Source of the DNA: an uncultured Acidobacteriota bacterium | Lineage (GTDB): Bacteria; Acidobacteriota; Terriglobia; UBA7540 | NCBI GenBank assembly: GCA_963804995.1 | Contig: CAWDSK010000002.1 | Location: forward strand, 672,001 to 736,000 | DNA: 64,000 nt | Reading direction: 5' to 3' | Shown: positions 12,651 through 22,059 of the stretch, piece by piece | Layout: every line of letters begins with the position of its first letter | Position numbering within the stretch: position 1 is the first letter of the stretch | Made by a program: the position numbers and the translations under genes | The notes under the pieces: generated by a model | The model's input: only the letters and a program-made list of their open reading frames with translations | The model's database searches: none | Told to the model about the DNA's origin: nothing

Positions 12651-12961
12651 CACCTCCTAAAGCTCAATCACGTTACTAGATGGTGACAGGCCTTGTCAAA
12701 ACAATCGTCTAGACAGACCTGGAAAGAGAGGTCAATTGCTTCCGGCCGGGGAACAGTAGATTTCTGAATCTATCGCGCTGCGATATTTGACAGGTCAGCA
12801 AGCATAGTTTAATCTGAGTATTCACGTTCATCACTGTCCGGGCTGTTTTGTCAGACATTCTGAGTTGTAAAGAAGGCCGCGCCGCCGGCCGGCGGTGGAT
12901 TCTCTTCTGAAGTGGGAGTTCGTGGCGCGCCTTCGAAACTTTCGAAACCAAAGGAGCTGCT

Positions 12962-13573
12962 ATGCCATTCACACTACCTGCGCTGCCCTATGCACCCGAT
13001 GCCTTGGAGCCGTCCATCGATAAGATGACGATGGAGATTCACCACGGGAAACACCACGCGGCCTATGTGACCAACCTGAATAAGGCTTTGGAATCGGCCA
13101 CGGATCTGGCCAACAAGAGCCTTGAGGAGCTGCTTGCCCACAACTGTGCGATTGTCCCTGAGTCGATTCGGACCGCCGTCCGCAACAACGCCGGCGGGCA
13201 CATCAATCACTCCATGTTCTGGCAGATCATGGGACCGAAAGCGGGCGGACAGCCCGGCGGCGCTCTTGCCGGGGCCATCACGAGCACCTTCGGAAGCTTT
13301 GACGGCTTTAAGGAAAAACTTTCCGCCGCCGCCATGGGCCGCTTTGGCTCAGGATGGGCGTGGCTCGTCGCTCAAAACGGCAAGCTCGACATCTACTCGA
13401 CTGCCAACCAGGACAGCCCGGTGATGGAAGGCAAACACCCGGTTCTGGGGCTTGACGTTTGGGAGCACGCCTACTACCTCAAGTATCAGAATCGGCGGGT
13501 TGAGTATGTCGGCGCCTGGTGGAATGTTGTGAACTGGGCTGAAGTCGAAAAGCGCTTTCACGCTGCGAAGTAG
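12962..13573 (+). CDS. sodA: Superoxide dismutase, Mn/Fe family (Mn-type-like)
   Basis: [56 protein letters not shown]. Confidence 0.93.
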   Translation: MPFTLPALPYAPDALEPSIDKMTMEIHHGKHHAAYVTNLNKALESATDLANKSLEELLAHNCAIVPESIRTAVRNNAGGHINHSMFWQIMGPKAGGQPGGALAGAITSTFGSFDGFKEKLSAAAMGRFGSGWAWLVAQNGKLDIYSTANQDSPVMEGKHPVLGLDVWEHAYYLKYQNRRVEYVGAWWNVVNWAEVEKRFHAAK

Positions 13574-13725
13574 ATTTCTGGGAACCAGTTTCGCTACTCC
13601 TCATCATTGCATTTTATCGAAGCGGACCGTTGAGTTCAGAGATCCCGCTCCCTGCCCTGAGAAAGACGAACTCAAACTCAGGGCCGGGGGCGGATTTCGC
13701 CCGCCCGCTCCCGAAGGAGAATCCC

Positions 13726-14676
13726 ATGGCAGAGAAGAAAATTATTGCAGTCGTAGGTGCAACCGGCGCGCAGGGCGGCGGCATGGCCCGTGCCATCCTA
13801 GGCGATCCGGCGGGTGGATTTACAGCGCGCGTGCTCACCCGAGACGCCAATTCCGAAAAGGCTAAAGAGTTTGCCAAGCTTGGGGCTGAATTGGTGGTGG
13901 CGGACGTCGACGACGTCGAGAGCCTGAAGCGCGCCTTCCAAGGAGCGCATGGAGCCTATTGCGTTACGTTCTACTGGGCCCATTTTTCGCCGGAGCGGGA
14001 ATTGAACAATGCCGCTGCCATGGCCCAGGCGGCGAAGTACGCTGGTGTGCCACACGTCATCTGGTCGACACTCGAAGACACCCGCAAGTGGGTGCCGCTC
14101 AGTGACAATCGTATGCCCACCCTGATGGGCAAATACAAAGTGCCGCACTTTGATGCCAAGGGTGAGGCAAACCATCTCTTCACCGACCTTGGCGTCCCAA
14201 CCACGTTTCTTTTAACCTCGTTTTACTGGGACAACTTCATTTATTTCGGAAGCGGCCCCAAGAAGGGGCCGGATGGAAAGCTGGCCCTCACGTTTCCCAT
14301 GGGCGACAAGAAGCTCCCTGCTATCGCTTCCGAGGACATCGGCCGGTGCGCTTACGGCATTTTCAAAAAGGGCCGCGAATTTATCGGCAAGACGGTGGGC
14401 ATCGCCGGCGAGCATCTGACGGGTGCCCAAATGGCCGCCGCGCTGACCAGGGCATTGGGACAGGAAGTGAAGTACAACGATGTCCCACCGGAGGTTTACC
14501 GCAGCTTTGGGTTCCCCGGCGCTGAAGACCTGGGCAACATGTTCCAGTTCAAACGGGACTTTAATGATTACTTCTGTGGAGCCCGCAGCATCGAATTTTC
14601 CCGGAGCTTGAACCCGTCGTTGCAGAATTTCGAACAGTGGCTTGCACAGAACAAGAGCCGCATCCCGTTGGATTGA
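13726..14676 (+). CDS. NmrA/HSCARG family NAD(P)-binding protein
   Basis: IAVVGATGAQGG Rossmann motif, VPHFDAKGE; AAGGAG RBS before ATG 13726. Confidence 0.88.
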   Translation: MAEKKIIAVVGATGAQGGGMARAILGDPAGGFTARVLTRDANSEKAKEFAKLGAELVVADVDDVESLKRAFQGAHGAYCVTFYWAHFSPERELNNAAAMAQAAKYAGVPHVIWSTLEDTRKWVPLSDNRMPTLMGKYKVPHFDAKGEANHLFTDLGVPTTFLLTSFYWDNFIYFGSGPKKGPDGKLALTFPMGDKKLPAIASEDIGRCAYGIFKKGREFIGKTVGIAGEHLTGAQMAAALTRALGQEVKYNDVPPEVYRSFGFPGAEDLGNMFQFKRDFNDYFCGARSIEFSRSLNPSLQNFEQWLAQNKSRIPLD

Positions 14677-14689
14677 CCTACCCTTGCAC

Positions 14690-14896
14690 CAACGCTGTTC
14701 ACTTAGCGTTCGTTTTCATATTGACTTGCGTGAAGCGCCTTGGACTGCGGTAGCAGCAGCTACCGCCTTCGGTTCTTACGGCAAAGGCGCAGGGCTAAAG
14801 GATGAAAGGCGGTAGCTGCTGCTACCGCAGTCCAAAGCGGGCTTCGCCCGCAACTGGATTTCCTAATCCGTGACGACAGCTAAGTGAACAGTATTG
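14690..14896. mobile_element. MITE-like element enclosing an inverted REP-like doublet
   Basis: 18-bp terminal inverted repeats CAACGCTGTTCACTTAGC / GCTAAGTGAACAGTATTG (16/18); internal perfect 30-bp inverted repeat 14740-14769 / 14806-14835. Confidence 0.7.
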
Positions 14897-14937
14897 ACCC
14901 CAGCGCCCGGCGGCACCGCTAAGTGGGATCACATCAA

Positions 14938-16185
14938 CTAAGCGCAGCCTTGCAGCCTGCGGAGCGCCCAGTCTGCGTGTTCACGCACGAGGGGATCCGG
15001 ATGTTCCGCCGTCTTTTCCAACCAGGGAATGAACTGGCTATCTCCCGAATTCCCCATCACTACGCACAGATTGCGCAACCAGCCTCGATACTTGACCCGC
15101 TTGATGGGCGACTGAGCGAAGACCCTGCGAAAATCCCCTTCTGTCATAGAAGCCAGCATTTCCAATGCGGGATTAAAAAGCGAAAACGGCTCTTCGGTTG
15201 GGGGCTGAGGGACCGGTACGTTTTCAGTCGCACCCTCCGCAAGCGATTCCTGCGATTTGATCTCAACCTGCATGGGTTGGAATTCGGGAAGCAGAGTGGT
15301 CGCCGCATACTCCTCATGGCAGACAGTGTTGAGAGGTTCAGCCAGCGAGGCATCGTCTCGCGACGGACTACTGACAACGGACCCCGGACGATTATTCCAG
15401 GGACAAACGTCCTGGCAAATGTCGCAACCGAAGACATTCCGGCCGATGGCAGTGCGGAATTGCTCAGGAATGGCGCCCTTGAGCTCGATGTTGAGATAGG
15501 AAATGCAGCGCGACGCGTCCATCACGTAGGGTTCCGTCAGCGCTCCGGTCGGACAGGCTTCCAGACAGCGCGTGCAGGAGCCGCATCTGTCGGGAGCGGG
15601 AAGATCCGGCGCCAACTCGAGACTGGTTAGAATGACCCCCAGAAAAAACCATGACCCCTTGACTTCATTGATGAGGCAGGTGTTCTTTCCCATCCAGCCA
15701 ATTCCCGAAAGACGCGCGAAGGCGCGCTCCACGATCGGCCCCGTATCCACATAGACTCGCGTCTCAACGCCGGATGCCTCTTGCTCGAGAATCGTGCGCA
15801 ACTGTTCGAGTTTTTTGCGCATGACCTTGTGATAGTCCCTTCCCCAGGCGTAACGCGAAATCCAACCTCGCGAGGGCGCGTCTGGTGTGGGTGCATTCTG
15901 GGCTTGGGAACCTAACTCGGCTGCGCCAGGGCCGCTGACCTCCATCGAATAGGGATGCAGCGTATTGTAAACGAGCCCCACACAGAGGATGGATTTCACC
16001 GACGGCAGGACGCGACGTGGGTCTTCGCGCTTGGGATCAGCAAGGTAATGCATTTCCCCGCCATATCCCTGCTTGACCCATTGGGGGAGAAACTCTAAAT
16101 CGTGGAGGGCCGAAGGTGAGGCAATCCCCGCCAAGTCGAAGCCGACCTCAAGGGCGCGCTGTTTGAGAGAGTTCGCAGAAAGCAT
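14938..16185 (-). CDS. queG: tRNA epoxyqueuosine(34) reductase QueG
   Basis: SRYAWGRDYH, YVDTGPIVER, GWMGKN, CGSCTRCLEACPT, CISY, FGCDICQDVCPWN. Confidence 0.95.
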   Translation of the reverse strand: MLSANSLKQRALEVGFDLAGIASPSALHDLEFLPQWVKQGYGGEMHYLADPKREDPRRVLPSVKSILCVGLVYNTLHPYSMEVSGPGAAELGSQAQNAPTPDAPSRGWISRYAWGRDYHKVMRKKLEQLRTILEQEASGVETRVYVDTGPIVERAFARLSGIGWMGKNTCLINEVKGSWFFLGVILTSLELAPDLPAPDRCGSCTRCLEACPTGALTEPYVMDASRCISYLNIELKGAIPEQFRTAIGRNVFGCDICQDVCPWNNRPGSVVSSPSRDDASLAEPLNTVCHEEYAATTLLPEFQPMQVEIKSQESLAEGATENVPVPQPPTEEPFSLFNPALEMLASMTEGDFRRVFAQSPIKRVKYRGWLRNLCVVMGNSGDSQFIPWLEKTAEHPDPLVREHADWALRRLQGCA

Positions 16186-16321
16186 CGAGGGTAATGTTAA
16201 CCCGGCGCACGCTCTGGCTAGAAGCGGTTATTGGGTTCGAGGGCAGGAATTGGGGCTTGAAAGCCATTGTGATTTATAGTAGGCTTAATGTGAAGTATTC
16301 TGGCCCGGGTCGGCGAATTTA

Positions 16322-16830
16322 GTGAAAATGAAACGCCGAAAGCGCTAAATGGAACCTGTGGAAGCGGGCGAAGAGGATGTTCTAACCCATGATATACTAG
16401 AAAACAAAGGTAGTTAGCTGTAAAATGGCAGAAATGTCCGAACAGCTATGTTATTTAAATTTAATAAGATAGCTCGTGCCGACTGCGTGGGCGCGGTGAA
16501 ACAGGGGGAATTAAAAATGAAGGATGAACCCATGATGTCGTTGAAAACACATGTAGAAAAAATGTCAGTTTTGCGCTAACCCACTATGTTTATGAAAAAT
16601 ATGCTAGTTATAGTCGCTAACCCATGATGTCTATGAAAAGAAATGGAGTTAGCAGTTTTCTTTCACCATGGAAGGGGTTGATCGTGGCAAGCAGGGATGT
16701 GAGTAAGAATAGTTTCGGAGCATATGGTCATAACGCAGATCTGGCCGCAGTCAAGGCGCCAAACGGCCACCTGCCCGATCTCCGAACTCGCACTGGTTTT
16801 CCTGCCCTGGCCGCCCACACTCCTTCGCCG
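16322..16830 (+). repeat. Truncated copy A of the dispersed ORF-plus-repeat module (last ~30 codons, five AT-rich repeats, start of the long repeat unit)
   Basis: Collinear with the reverse complement of about 53300-53021 plus 51858-51640; repeats near 16384, 16440, 16527, 16578 and 16619. Confidence 0.85.
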
Positions 16831-16833
16831 AGG

Positions 16834-17041
16834 GTAGTGCCTCAGTTTGATTTTGTTGTAGCGGCGGTTCAACTGTCCCGACGATTCGTATCGGGATGGC
16901 CGCCGACTCTTGATCCCAGAGAATCAGGATCTACCCGCCAAGGTAATTGATGTCGTAGCGGCGAGTTTACCTCGGCAAATGGCGGCGCCCCGATAAGATC
17001 GAGATGATTTCCGCCGCCTCTACAGCAAACTGAGACACCAC
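16834..17041. mobile_element. MITE-like element containing GTAG-type REP palindromes
   Basis: Terminal inverted repeats GTAGTGCCTCAGTTTG / CAAACTGAGACACCAC (14/16); internal GTAGCGGCG...CCGCC hairpins. Confidence 0.65.
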
Positions 17042-17088
17042 GCTCTCTCGGGTGCACGCCTGGGAAATGAAATTCTGGGAAAGTGGGG

Positions 17089-17127
17089 TTGAAATAAGTT
17101 CTCTCTTACGGCTATAATAGCCGTAAG
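17089..17127 (+). promoter_or_regulatory. IS promoter TTGAAA-N18-TATAAT overlapped by an 11-1-11 palindrome
   Basis: TTGAAA 17089, TATAAT 17113; CTTACGGCTAT-A-ATAGCCGTAAG at 17105-17127. Confidence 0.65.
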
Positions 17128-17135
17128 GAGGAACC

Positions 17136-17537
17136 ATGGCTCAGTCTTTTGAAGTTCCTGGTCCGGTCCGTGAGCTTGCCGCTCGGTTGGGTCAGTCCCA
17201 GCCCATGCGGCGCGGCTCCCTATCGGAGCGTTATGTGAAATGCGGCAAGCCGGGTTGTGGTTGCGCGGAGGATGCCAAGGCGCGGCACGGCCCTTATTAC
17301 AGTCTGACGCAGGCGGTGGGAGGGCAGACCCGCTCCCGCTTCTTGAACCCCGAGGAAGCGCAGCGGGCGCGAGAGCAGATCGAGACGGGCCAGCAGTTTC
17401 GGCGTCAGGTGGAGGCTTACTGGGCTGCCTGTGAGCAATGGGCGGATGCCCAGCTGGAAGCCCGGGAGGAAGAAGGGCAAGCCGAGGTTAAAAAAAACCA
17501 CACTCGGCGAGGCTCTGGCGCACGACCTCACCGCTGA
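17136..17537 (+). CDS. IS-associated Cys/His protein (DUF6788-like)
   Basis: RGSLSERYVKCGKPGCGC...HGPYY motif; GGAGG RBS. Confidence 0.75.
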   Translation: MAQSFEVPGPVRELAARLGQSQPMRRGSLSERYVKCGKPGCGCAEDAKARHGPYYSLTQAVGGQTRSRFLNPEEAQRAREQIETGQQFRRQVEAYWAACEQWADAQLEAREEEGQAEVKKNHTRRGSGARPHR

Positions 17538-18843
17538 GATTGAGCGCCTGGTGGGTCGGGAAGCCACGGCGGCTCTGGACTTCGAGGCGGTGGAAACGGC
17601 CGTACGCCGTCAGGCTTTGCGCTTCGCCGCGCGGGTGGTGGAGCAGCGGCTGAATGCCGACCACTCCGACTTTACCGGAGCCCGTCGGCCGTGTTCCTGC
17701 GGTCAGCCCGCGCGCTATGTAGACCGGCGGGCCAAGCCTTTCCAGACCGTGCTGGGCGAATTACGGCTGGAGCGCGCCTACTATTATTGTGCTGCCTGCC
17801 AGCGCGGGTTCTGTCCTCGTGACCAGCAGTGGGGAATGGAGGACACTTCTCTGTCCCCGGCGGTGACACGCATGGTGGGCACGGTGGGAGCCTTGGTGAG
17901 CTTTCAAGAAGGGCGTGAACTCCTCGGGGAATTGGCGGGCGTGGAAGTAAGTGCCAAGCAGGTGGAGCGTACGGCGGAGGCGCTGGGAGCGGAAGTCGCC
18001 GAGGATGAACGCCAACCGGTGGAGGCGGTGAGGGAAGGACCCTTGCCGCCCACCCTCTATCTCGGCCTGGATGGTACCGGCATTCCCATGCGCAAGGAGG
18101 AACTCACGGGGCGAGCGGGCAAGCAGCCGGATGGCTCCGCCCAAACCCGCGAGGTCAAGGTCTGCGCCATCTGGAGCGCGGAAGCGCGCGATGCCGAAGG
18201 CCGGCCCCGGCGTGATGCTGGCTCGGTCAGCTACTCGGCGGCCATCGAGACGGCGGCCTGCCGCGACACCGACTCCCAGATCGCAGCATTTACCCAGCGC
18301 GTCGAGCGTGAGGCGAAGCGTCGAGACTTCGGGCAAGCCTCTCGCCAAGTGGTGATCGGCGACGGGGCTCCCTGGATCTGGAACATCGCCGCGGAGGTGT
18401 TCCCGCAAGCCCTGCAAATCGTGGATCGTTACCACGTGAAGGAGCATTTGAGCCAAGTGGCCAAGGCCCTCTATGGGCAAGCGGAGGCATCCCATCGCTG
18501 GGCGCAACGTCGGCACCAAGAATTGGATGGCGGGCGTTGGCGGAGTCTGACGACGGCGCTGGCCCGCCATGCGGCCCGCTCACCGGAAGCCCGCAACTGC
18601 CTTCAGTACTTGCAGCGCAACCGGCACCGCATGCGCTACGCGGAATTTCATGCCCAGCACCTGTGTACTTCCTCAGGGGTTCTGGAGGCGGGTTGCAGGG
18701 TCGTCGTGGGGTCGCGCCTAAAACGTTCGGGCATGCATTGGACCGTGCGCGGCTCCAATGCCATCATCGCTCTGCGGTGTTACAAACTCAGCGGTCGCTT
18801 CGAAGACTTCTGGGAACGCCGGGCGCACAGGGTGGGGGCGTGA
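17431..18843 (+). CDS. ISKra4-family DDE transposase
   Basis: CSCG...YYYCAAC, LYLGLDGTG, VIGDGAPWIW, VDRYH, SGVLEAGCR and RLKRSGMHW motifs; true start uncertain. Confidence 0.9.
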   Translation: MSNGRMPSWKPGRKKGKPRLKKTTLGEALAHDLTAEIERLVGREATAALDFEAVETAVRRQALRFAARVVEQRLNADHSDFTGARRPCSCGQPARYVDRRAKPFQTVLGELRLERAYYYCAACQRGFCPRDQQWGMEDTSLSPAVTRMVGTVGALVSFQEGRELLGELAGVEVSAKQVERTAEALGAEVAEDERQPVEAVREGPLPPTLYLGLDGTGIPMRKEELTGRAGKQPDGSAQTREVKVCAIWSAEARDAEGRPRRDAGSVSYSAAIETAACRDTDSQIAAFTQRVEREAKRRDFGQASRQVVIGDGAPWIWNIAAEVFPQALQIVDRYHVKEHLSQVAKALYGQAEASHRWAQRRHQELDGGRWRSLTTALARHAARSPEARNCLQYLQRNRHRMRYAEFHAQHLCTSSGVLEAGCRVVVGSRLKRSGMHWTVRGSNAIIALRCYKLSGRFEDFWERRAHRVGA

Positions 18844-18886
18844 GCCCGCTCACTCCTTCGTCGTGCACCCCGCTCTCTCACTTGGC

Positions 18887-18916
18887 TTGACTAAATTCGT
18901 TCCGGCAAGGTATCTT
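18887..18916 (+). promoter_or_regulatory. Putative sigma70 promoter of the rpmH operon
   Basis: TTGACT-N18-TATCTT, just outside the right IS end. Confidence 0.5.
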
Positions 18917-18963
18917 AAATGATTAGCTTTGTTGCATGAAATTTGACCGGGGAGCATTGCCCT

Positions 18964-19098
18964 TTGAAACGCACCTTTCAACCGAACCGTCGGCGCCGCG
19001 CCAAGACACACGGCTTTCGCAGTCGCATGAGCACTCCGGGAGGTCGCAATGTCATGCGGCGTCGCCGTCAGAAGGGCCGTCATCGCCCGATTCCCTGA
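18964..19098 (+). CDS. rpmH: 50S ribosomal protein L34
   Basis: Hand translation from TTG 18964: [44 protein letters not shown]; absent from the ORF track because it is short. Confidence 0.95.
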   Translation: MKRTFQPNRRRRAKTHGFRSRMSTPGGRNVMRRRRQKGRHRPIP

Positions 19099-19107
19099 AG
19101 AGTTCGT

Positions 19108-19476
19108 TTGACCTCACAAGCTTTCCCCAAGACTTTCCGGCTGCTGCGCCGAAGCGATTTTCGGCGAGTGTACGACGAAGGGCAACGCCGGAGCGCGCCG
19201 TTATGCACGATTTTCCTCCGCCCCAACGGGTTAGCACAGACACGTTTGGGGATTACTGTCACGGCGCGGGTGGGGAATGCCGTCCTGCGCAATCGTCTGA
19301 AACGGCGAGTGCGCGAGGTATTTCGCTTGAACCACGCGAACCTTCCGGGCGGGTGGGATATTCTCGTGAATCCCCGCGAACCGGTGGGGCGTGTTCCCAA
19401 CGCAACACTCGAGCGAGAACTGCTGCGATTGTTTCCAAAGCAAGCTCCGCCCCCGGTGCCGCAAGGGATCTCCTGA
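19108..19476 (+). CDS. rnpA: Ribonuclease P protein component
   Basis: [23 protein letters not shown] (RNR motif); follows rpmH. Confidence 0.93.
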   Translation: MTSQAFPKTFRLLRRSDFRRVYDEGQRRSAPLCTIFLRPNGLAQTRLGITVTARVGNAVLRNRLKRRVREVFRLNHANLPGGWDILVNPREPVGRVPNATLERELLRLFPKQAPPPVPQGIS

Positions 19477-19739
19477 AACTCCTTACGCTGGGGTTAATTC
19501 GCTTTTATCAAGGGTGCCTCTCGCCCACCCTGCCGTCGGCTTGCCGTTTCTATCCCTCCTGCTCAGCTTATGCGCATGAGGCAGTTGAAAAATGGGGAGT
19601 GGGGCGGGGAGTGGGGTTGGCGCTCAGGCGATTGTTGCGTTGCCGGCCGTGGGGCCCTCACGGATACGATCCGGTGCCGGAAAGAGAAGGAGCCAGGAGT
19701 CAGGAGCAAGAATACAAACGCTTTTCTCCTGACTTCTGA
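19473..19739 (+). CDS. yidD: Membrane protein insertion efficiency factor YidD (start uncertain)
   Basis: LIRFYQ..LSP....[13 protein letters not shown]...G...RLLRC.PW...GYDPVP in the 3' part of ORF 18936..19739. Confidence 0.9.
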   Translation: MKLLTLGLIRFYQGCLSPTLPSACRFYPSCSAYAHEAVEKWGVGRGVGLALRRLLRCRPWGPHGYDPVPEREGARSQEQEYKRFSPDF

Positions 19740-19752
19740 CTCCTGGCTCCTG
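19688..19752. repeat. Inverted heptamer repeats (AGGAGYC / GRCTCCT) at the yidD-yidC junction
   Basis: AGGAGCCAGGAGTCAGGAG ... CTCCTGACTTCTGACTCCTGGCTCCTG. Confidence 0.65.
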
Positions 19753-19763
19753 ATTCCTTGCCT

Positions 19764-21503
19764 ATGAACCTCGATCAAGAAAAACGAGTGATGCTGGCCT
19801 TCGCGCTCTCCTTTGGGATGCTGATGGTGTGGCGCGTCTTCTTCGTCAAGGAGCCGCCACCGCAGCCGAAGAAGGCACCAGCCGCCGCGACGGCGACGAT
19901 GTCCCCCGCCCAGCCCGGCGCGGCCAATCCGGGCGGGAATCCTGCCCAACCCGTTGCGCCTGCACCTGCCGCAGCATTGCCGGTAGCGCAGGGAAGCAGA
20001 GCAGAAGATATCGTGGTTGAGAACAAGCGCTACCGCGTGACGTTTTCCACCGAGGGCGCCGTCGTCAAGAGCTGGGTGCTGAAGGGATATCGCGACGCAA
20101 AGGGCGAACTGCTCAACACCGTGAACGGGTCGGCGTGTCAAACCTTGGGTTTCCCGATGAGTCTGAACCTCGCGGATGCCTCGCTTAAGACGCGGCTCAA
20201 TCAGGCGATTTACGTGGCCGAGGCCGCCAAGCTGGTTCCTGGCCATGAATCCGAAAAGCTTTCCGGGAGCGCCTTCACATCTCCTGCAAGCCTTACGTTT
20301 ACTTACAGTGACGGTAAGGTACAAGTGAAGAAGCAGTTTTCTTTTGGTGACAGCTTCGAGGCGAAAGTTACGGTCAGCGTTTTTGATGGTCAACGCTACC
20401 TACCGGTCGAAGTTACATGGCCCGGAGGGTTCGGTGACCACACGCTGGCGCCTTCCGTCGCCGACTCGCGCATCCAGGCAGTTTACGGCGCGGTGGGCAA
20501 TCTCAACAAGGTGGCCATGGGCAAGGTCAAGGAGGAACGCATCTTTCCTGGCCCCTTGGAGCTAGCGGGTTTGGAAGACAAGTATTTCGTGGACATTTTC
20601 CTTCCCGACGCGCCTGACCAGGTGGCCTTGCGAGTCGTCCGGCAGGAGTGGTCCCCACCCGACTGGACGGAAAAGGATAAGCCTGCTCCCCTCACTGCCA
20701 CGCTGGTGGAGACGCAGCCCAAGCCGCTGGCCTTCCGCCTGTTCGTTGCCCCCAAAGACCTGGACGTCCTTAGGGCAGAGAACCCTCCGCTGGATTCACT
20801 GGTAGATTTTGGTTGGTTTACGGTTGTCGCCAAACCTCTCTTCATCATGTTGCGATACACCTACGACCACTGGATTCACAATTTCGGCTGGGCCATTGTC
20901 TTTCTGACTGTCCTCATCAATCTCGCGATGTTCCCCTTGAAGATCAAGAGCCTTAAATCCGCGCAGGAGATGCAGCGGGTTTCGCCGATCATCAAGGGCA
21001 TCCAGGACAAATACAAGCAATACAAGCTAAACGACCCGCGCAAGCAGAAGATGAACGAAGAGATCATGAAGGTCTATAGCGAGCATCATATCAATCCTTT
21101 TGGCAGTTGCCTGCCCATGCTCCTGCAGATGCCGTTTCTGTATGGTTTCTATCGTGTCCTCGATCTGGCGATCGAGCTCCGTCATGCGCCGTGGATGTTC
21201 TGGATTAAAGACCTGTCGGCGCAGGATCCGCTCTACATCCTGCCTGTGGCGATCGTGGTGACCCAATTCATCGTACAGCGCCTTACCCCGATGGCGACGG
21301 TTGACCCGGCTCAGCAACGCATGATGATGTTCATGCCACTCGTTTTCGGCTTCATGTTCTTCCGGTTTCCCGCGGGCATGGTACTCTATTGGCTCACGGG
21401 AAACCTTGTAGGCATCGCGCAACAAACCTATCTCAATCGCCACATGCGTATGCCCGATCCCCTCCTCGGACCCCCTCGCAAGCCGCCAGTGGCCAAGGAG
21501 TGA
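19764..21503 (+). CDS. yidC: Membrane protein insertase YidC
   Basis: VDFGWF, NFGWAIV, INPFGSCLPMLLQMP, WIKDLSAQDPLYILP, GMVLYW. Confidence 0.95.
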   Translation: MNLDQEKRVMLAFALSFGMLMVWRVFFVKEPPPQPKKAPAAATATMSPAQPGAANPGGNPAQPVAPAPAAALPVAQGSRAEDIVVENKRYRVTFSTEGAVVKSWVLKGYRDAKGELLNTVNGSACQTLGFPMSLNLADASLKTRLNQAIYVAEAAKLVPGHESEKLSGSAFTSPASLTFTYSDGKVQVKKQFSFGDSFEAKVTVSVFDGQRYLPVEVTWPGGFGDHTLAPSVADSRIQAVYGAVGNLNKVAMGKVKEERIFPGPLELAGLEDKYFVDIFLPDAPDQVALRVVRQEWSPPDWTEKDKPAPLTATLVETQPKPLAFRLFVAPKDLDVLRAENPPLDSLVDFGWFTVVAKPLFIMLRYTYDHWIHNFGWAIVFLTVLINLAMFPLKIKSLKSAQEMQRVSPIIKGIQDKYKQYKLNDPRKQKMNEEIMKVYSEHHINPFGSCLPMLLQMPFLYGFYRVLDLAIELRHAPWMFWIKDLSAQDPLYILPVAIVVTQFIVQRLTPMATVDPAQQRMMMFMPLVFGFMFFRFPAGMVLYWLTGNLVGIAQQTYLNRHMRMPDPLLGPPRKPPVAKE

Positions 21504-21509
21504 TGTGCC

Positions 21510-22043
21510 ATGGAAAGTGACCGCCCCGCTGCCGAACGTTCGATCGAAGACTATCTGCCTTTGATCGAGTCCTTGCTCCACGCGGTGATTCGCAACGCCC
21601 GCTTCGATCTGAAGTTTTCAATTCAGAAAGGCGAAGACCTGGGCGATGACCAGGAGGCGCCGGAATATGTGGTTGATTTTTCCGGTGCGGATGCCGGCCT
21701 GTTGCTGGAGAAGAATGCCACGCTCCTGGAAGCCCTCGAATACGTGGTGGTGAAGGCGGTTCGCGTGGACGAGGAACATTACAGAAAAATTGCGTTCGAT
21801 TGCGAGGACTATCGGCGATTGCGCATCGAGGAATTACGCATGATGGCGCAAGTTGCCTCGGATCGGGTCATTGATACCGGGGATCCCTTTGCCCTCAGCC
21901 CCATGAACCCGCGTGAACGGCGCATCATTCACCTGGCCTTGAAGAACATTCCACAGGTCCGCACCCAGAGCGAAGGAATGGGGCCCGAACGCAAGGTGGT
22001 GATAGTCCCTGCCAACCCACCCCCGCGCCAAACGCGTCGCTAG
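21510..22043 (+). CDS. jag: Jag/KhpB-family KH-R3H RNA-binding protein (short form)
   Basis: PMNPRERRIIHLAL R3H motif, SEGMGPERKVVI; lies between yidC and mnmE. Confidence 0.85.
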   Translation: MESDRPAAERSIEDYLPLIESLLHAVIRNARFDLKFSIQKGEDLGDDQEAPEYVVDFSGADAGLLLEKNATLLEALEYVVVKAVRVDEEHYRKIAFDCEDYRRLRIEELRMMAQVASDRVIDTGDPFALSPMNPRERRIIHLALKNIPQVRTQSEGMGPERKVVIVPANPPPRQTRR

Positions 22044-22059
22044 CCTCCGAGTTTCCTTT

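Larger units (their letters stand above)
17050..18870 (+). mobile_element. ISKra4-family insertion sequence (1821 bp)
   Basis: Ends GGGTGCACG / CGTGCACCC; 9-bp direct repeat CGCTCTCTC at 17041-17049 and 18871-18879; encloses an accessory ORF and a DDE transposase. Confidence 0.92.

Noticed and set aside
16260..16660. oriC, given AT-rich DNA near rpmH
   Set aside because: No TTATCCACA-type boxes, no dnaA, and the same array recurs at two other loci.
18936..19472. N-terminal part of the 267-aa ORF
   Set aside because: Overlaps rpmH and rnpA in another frame; only the 3' part is yidD.
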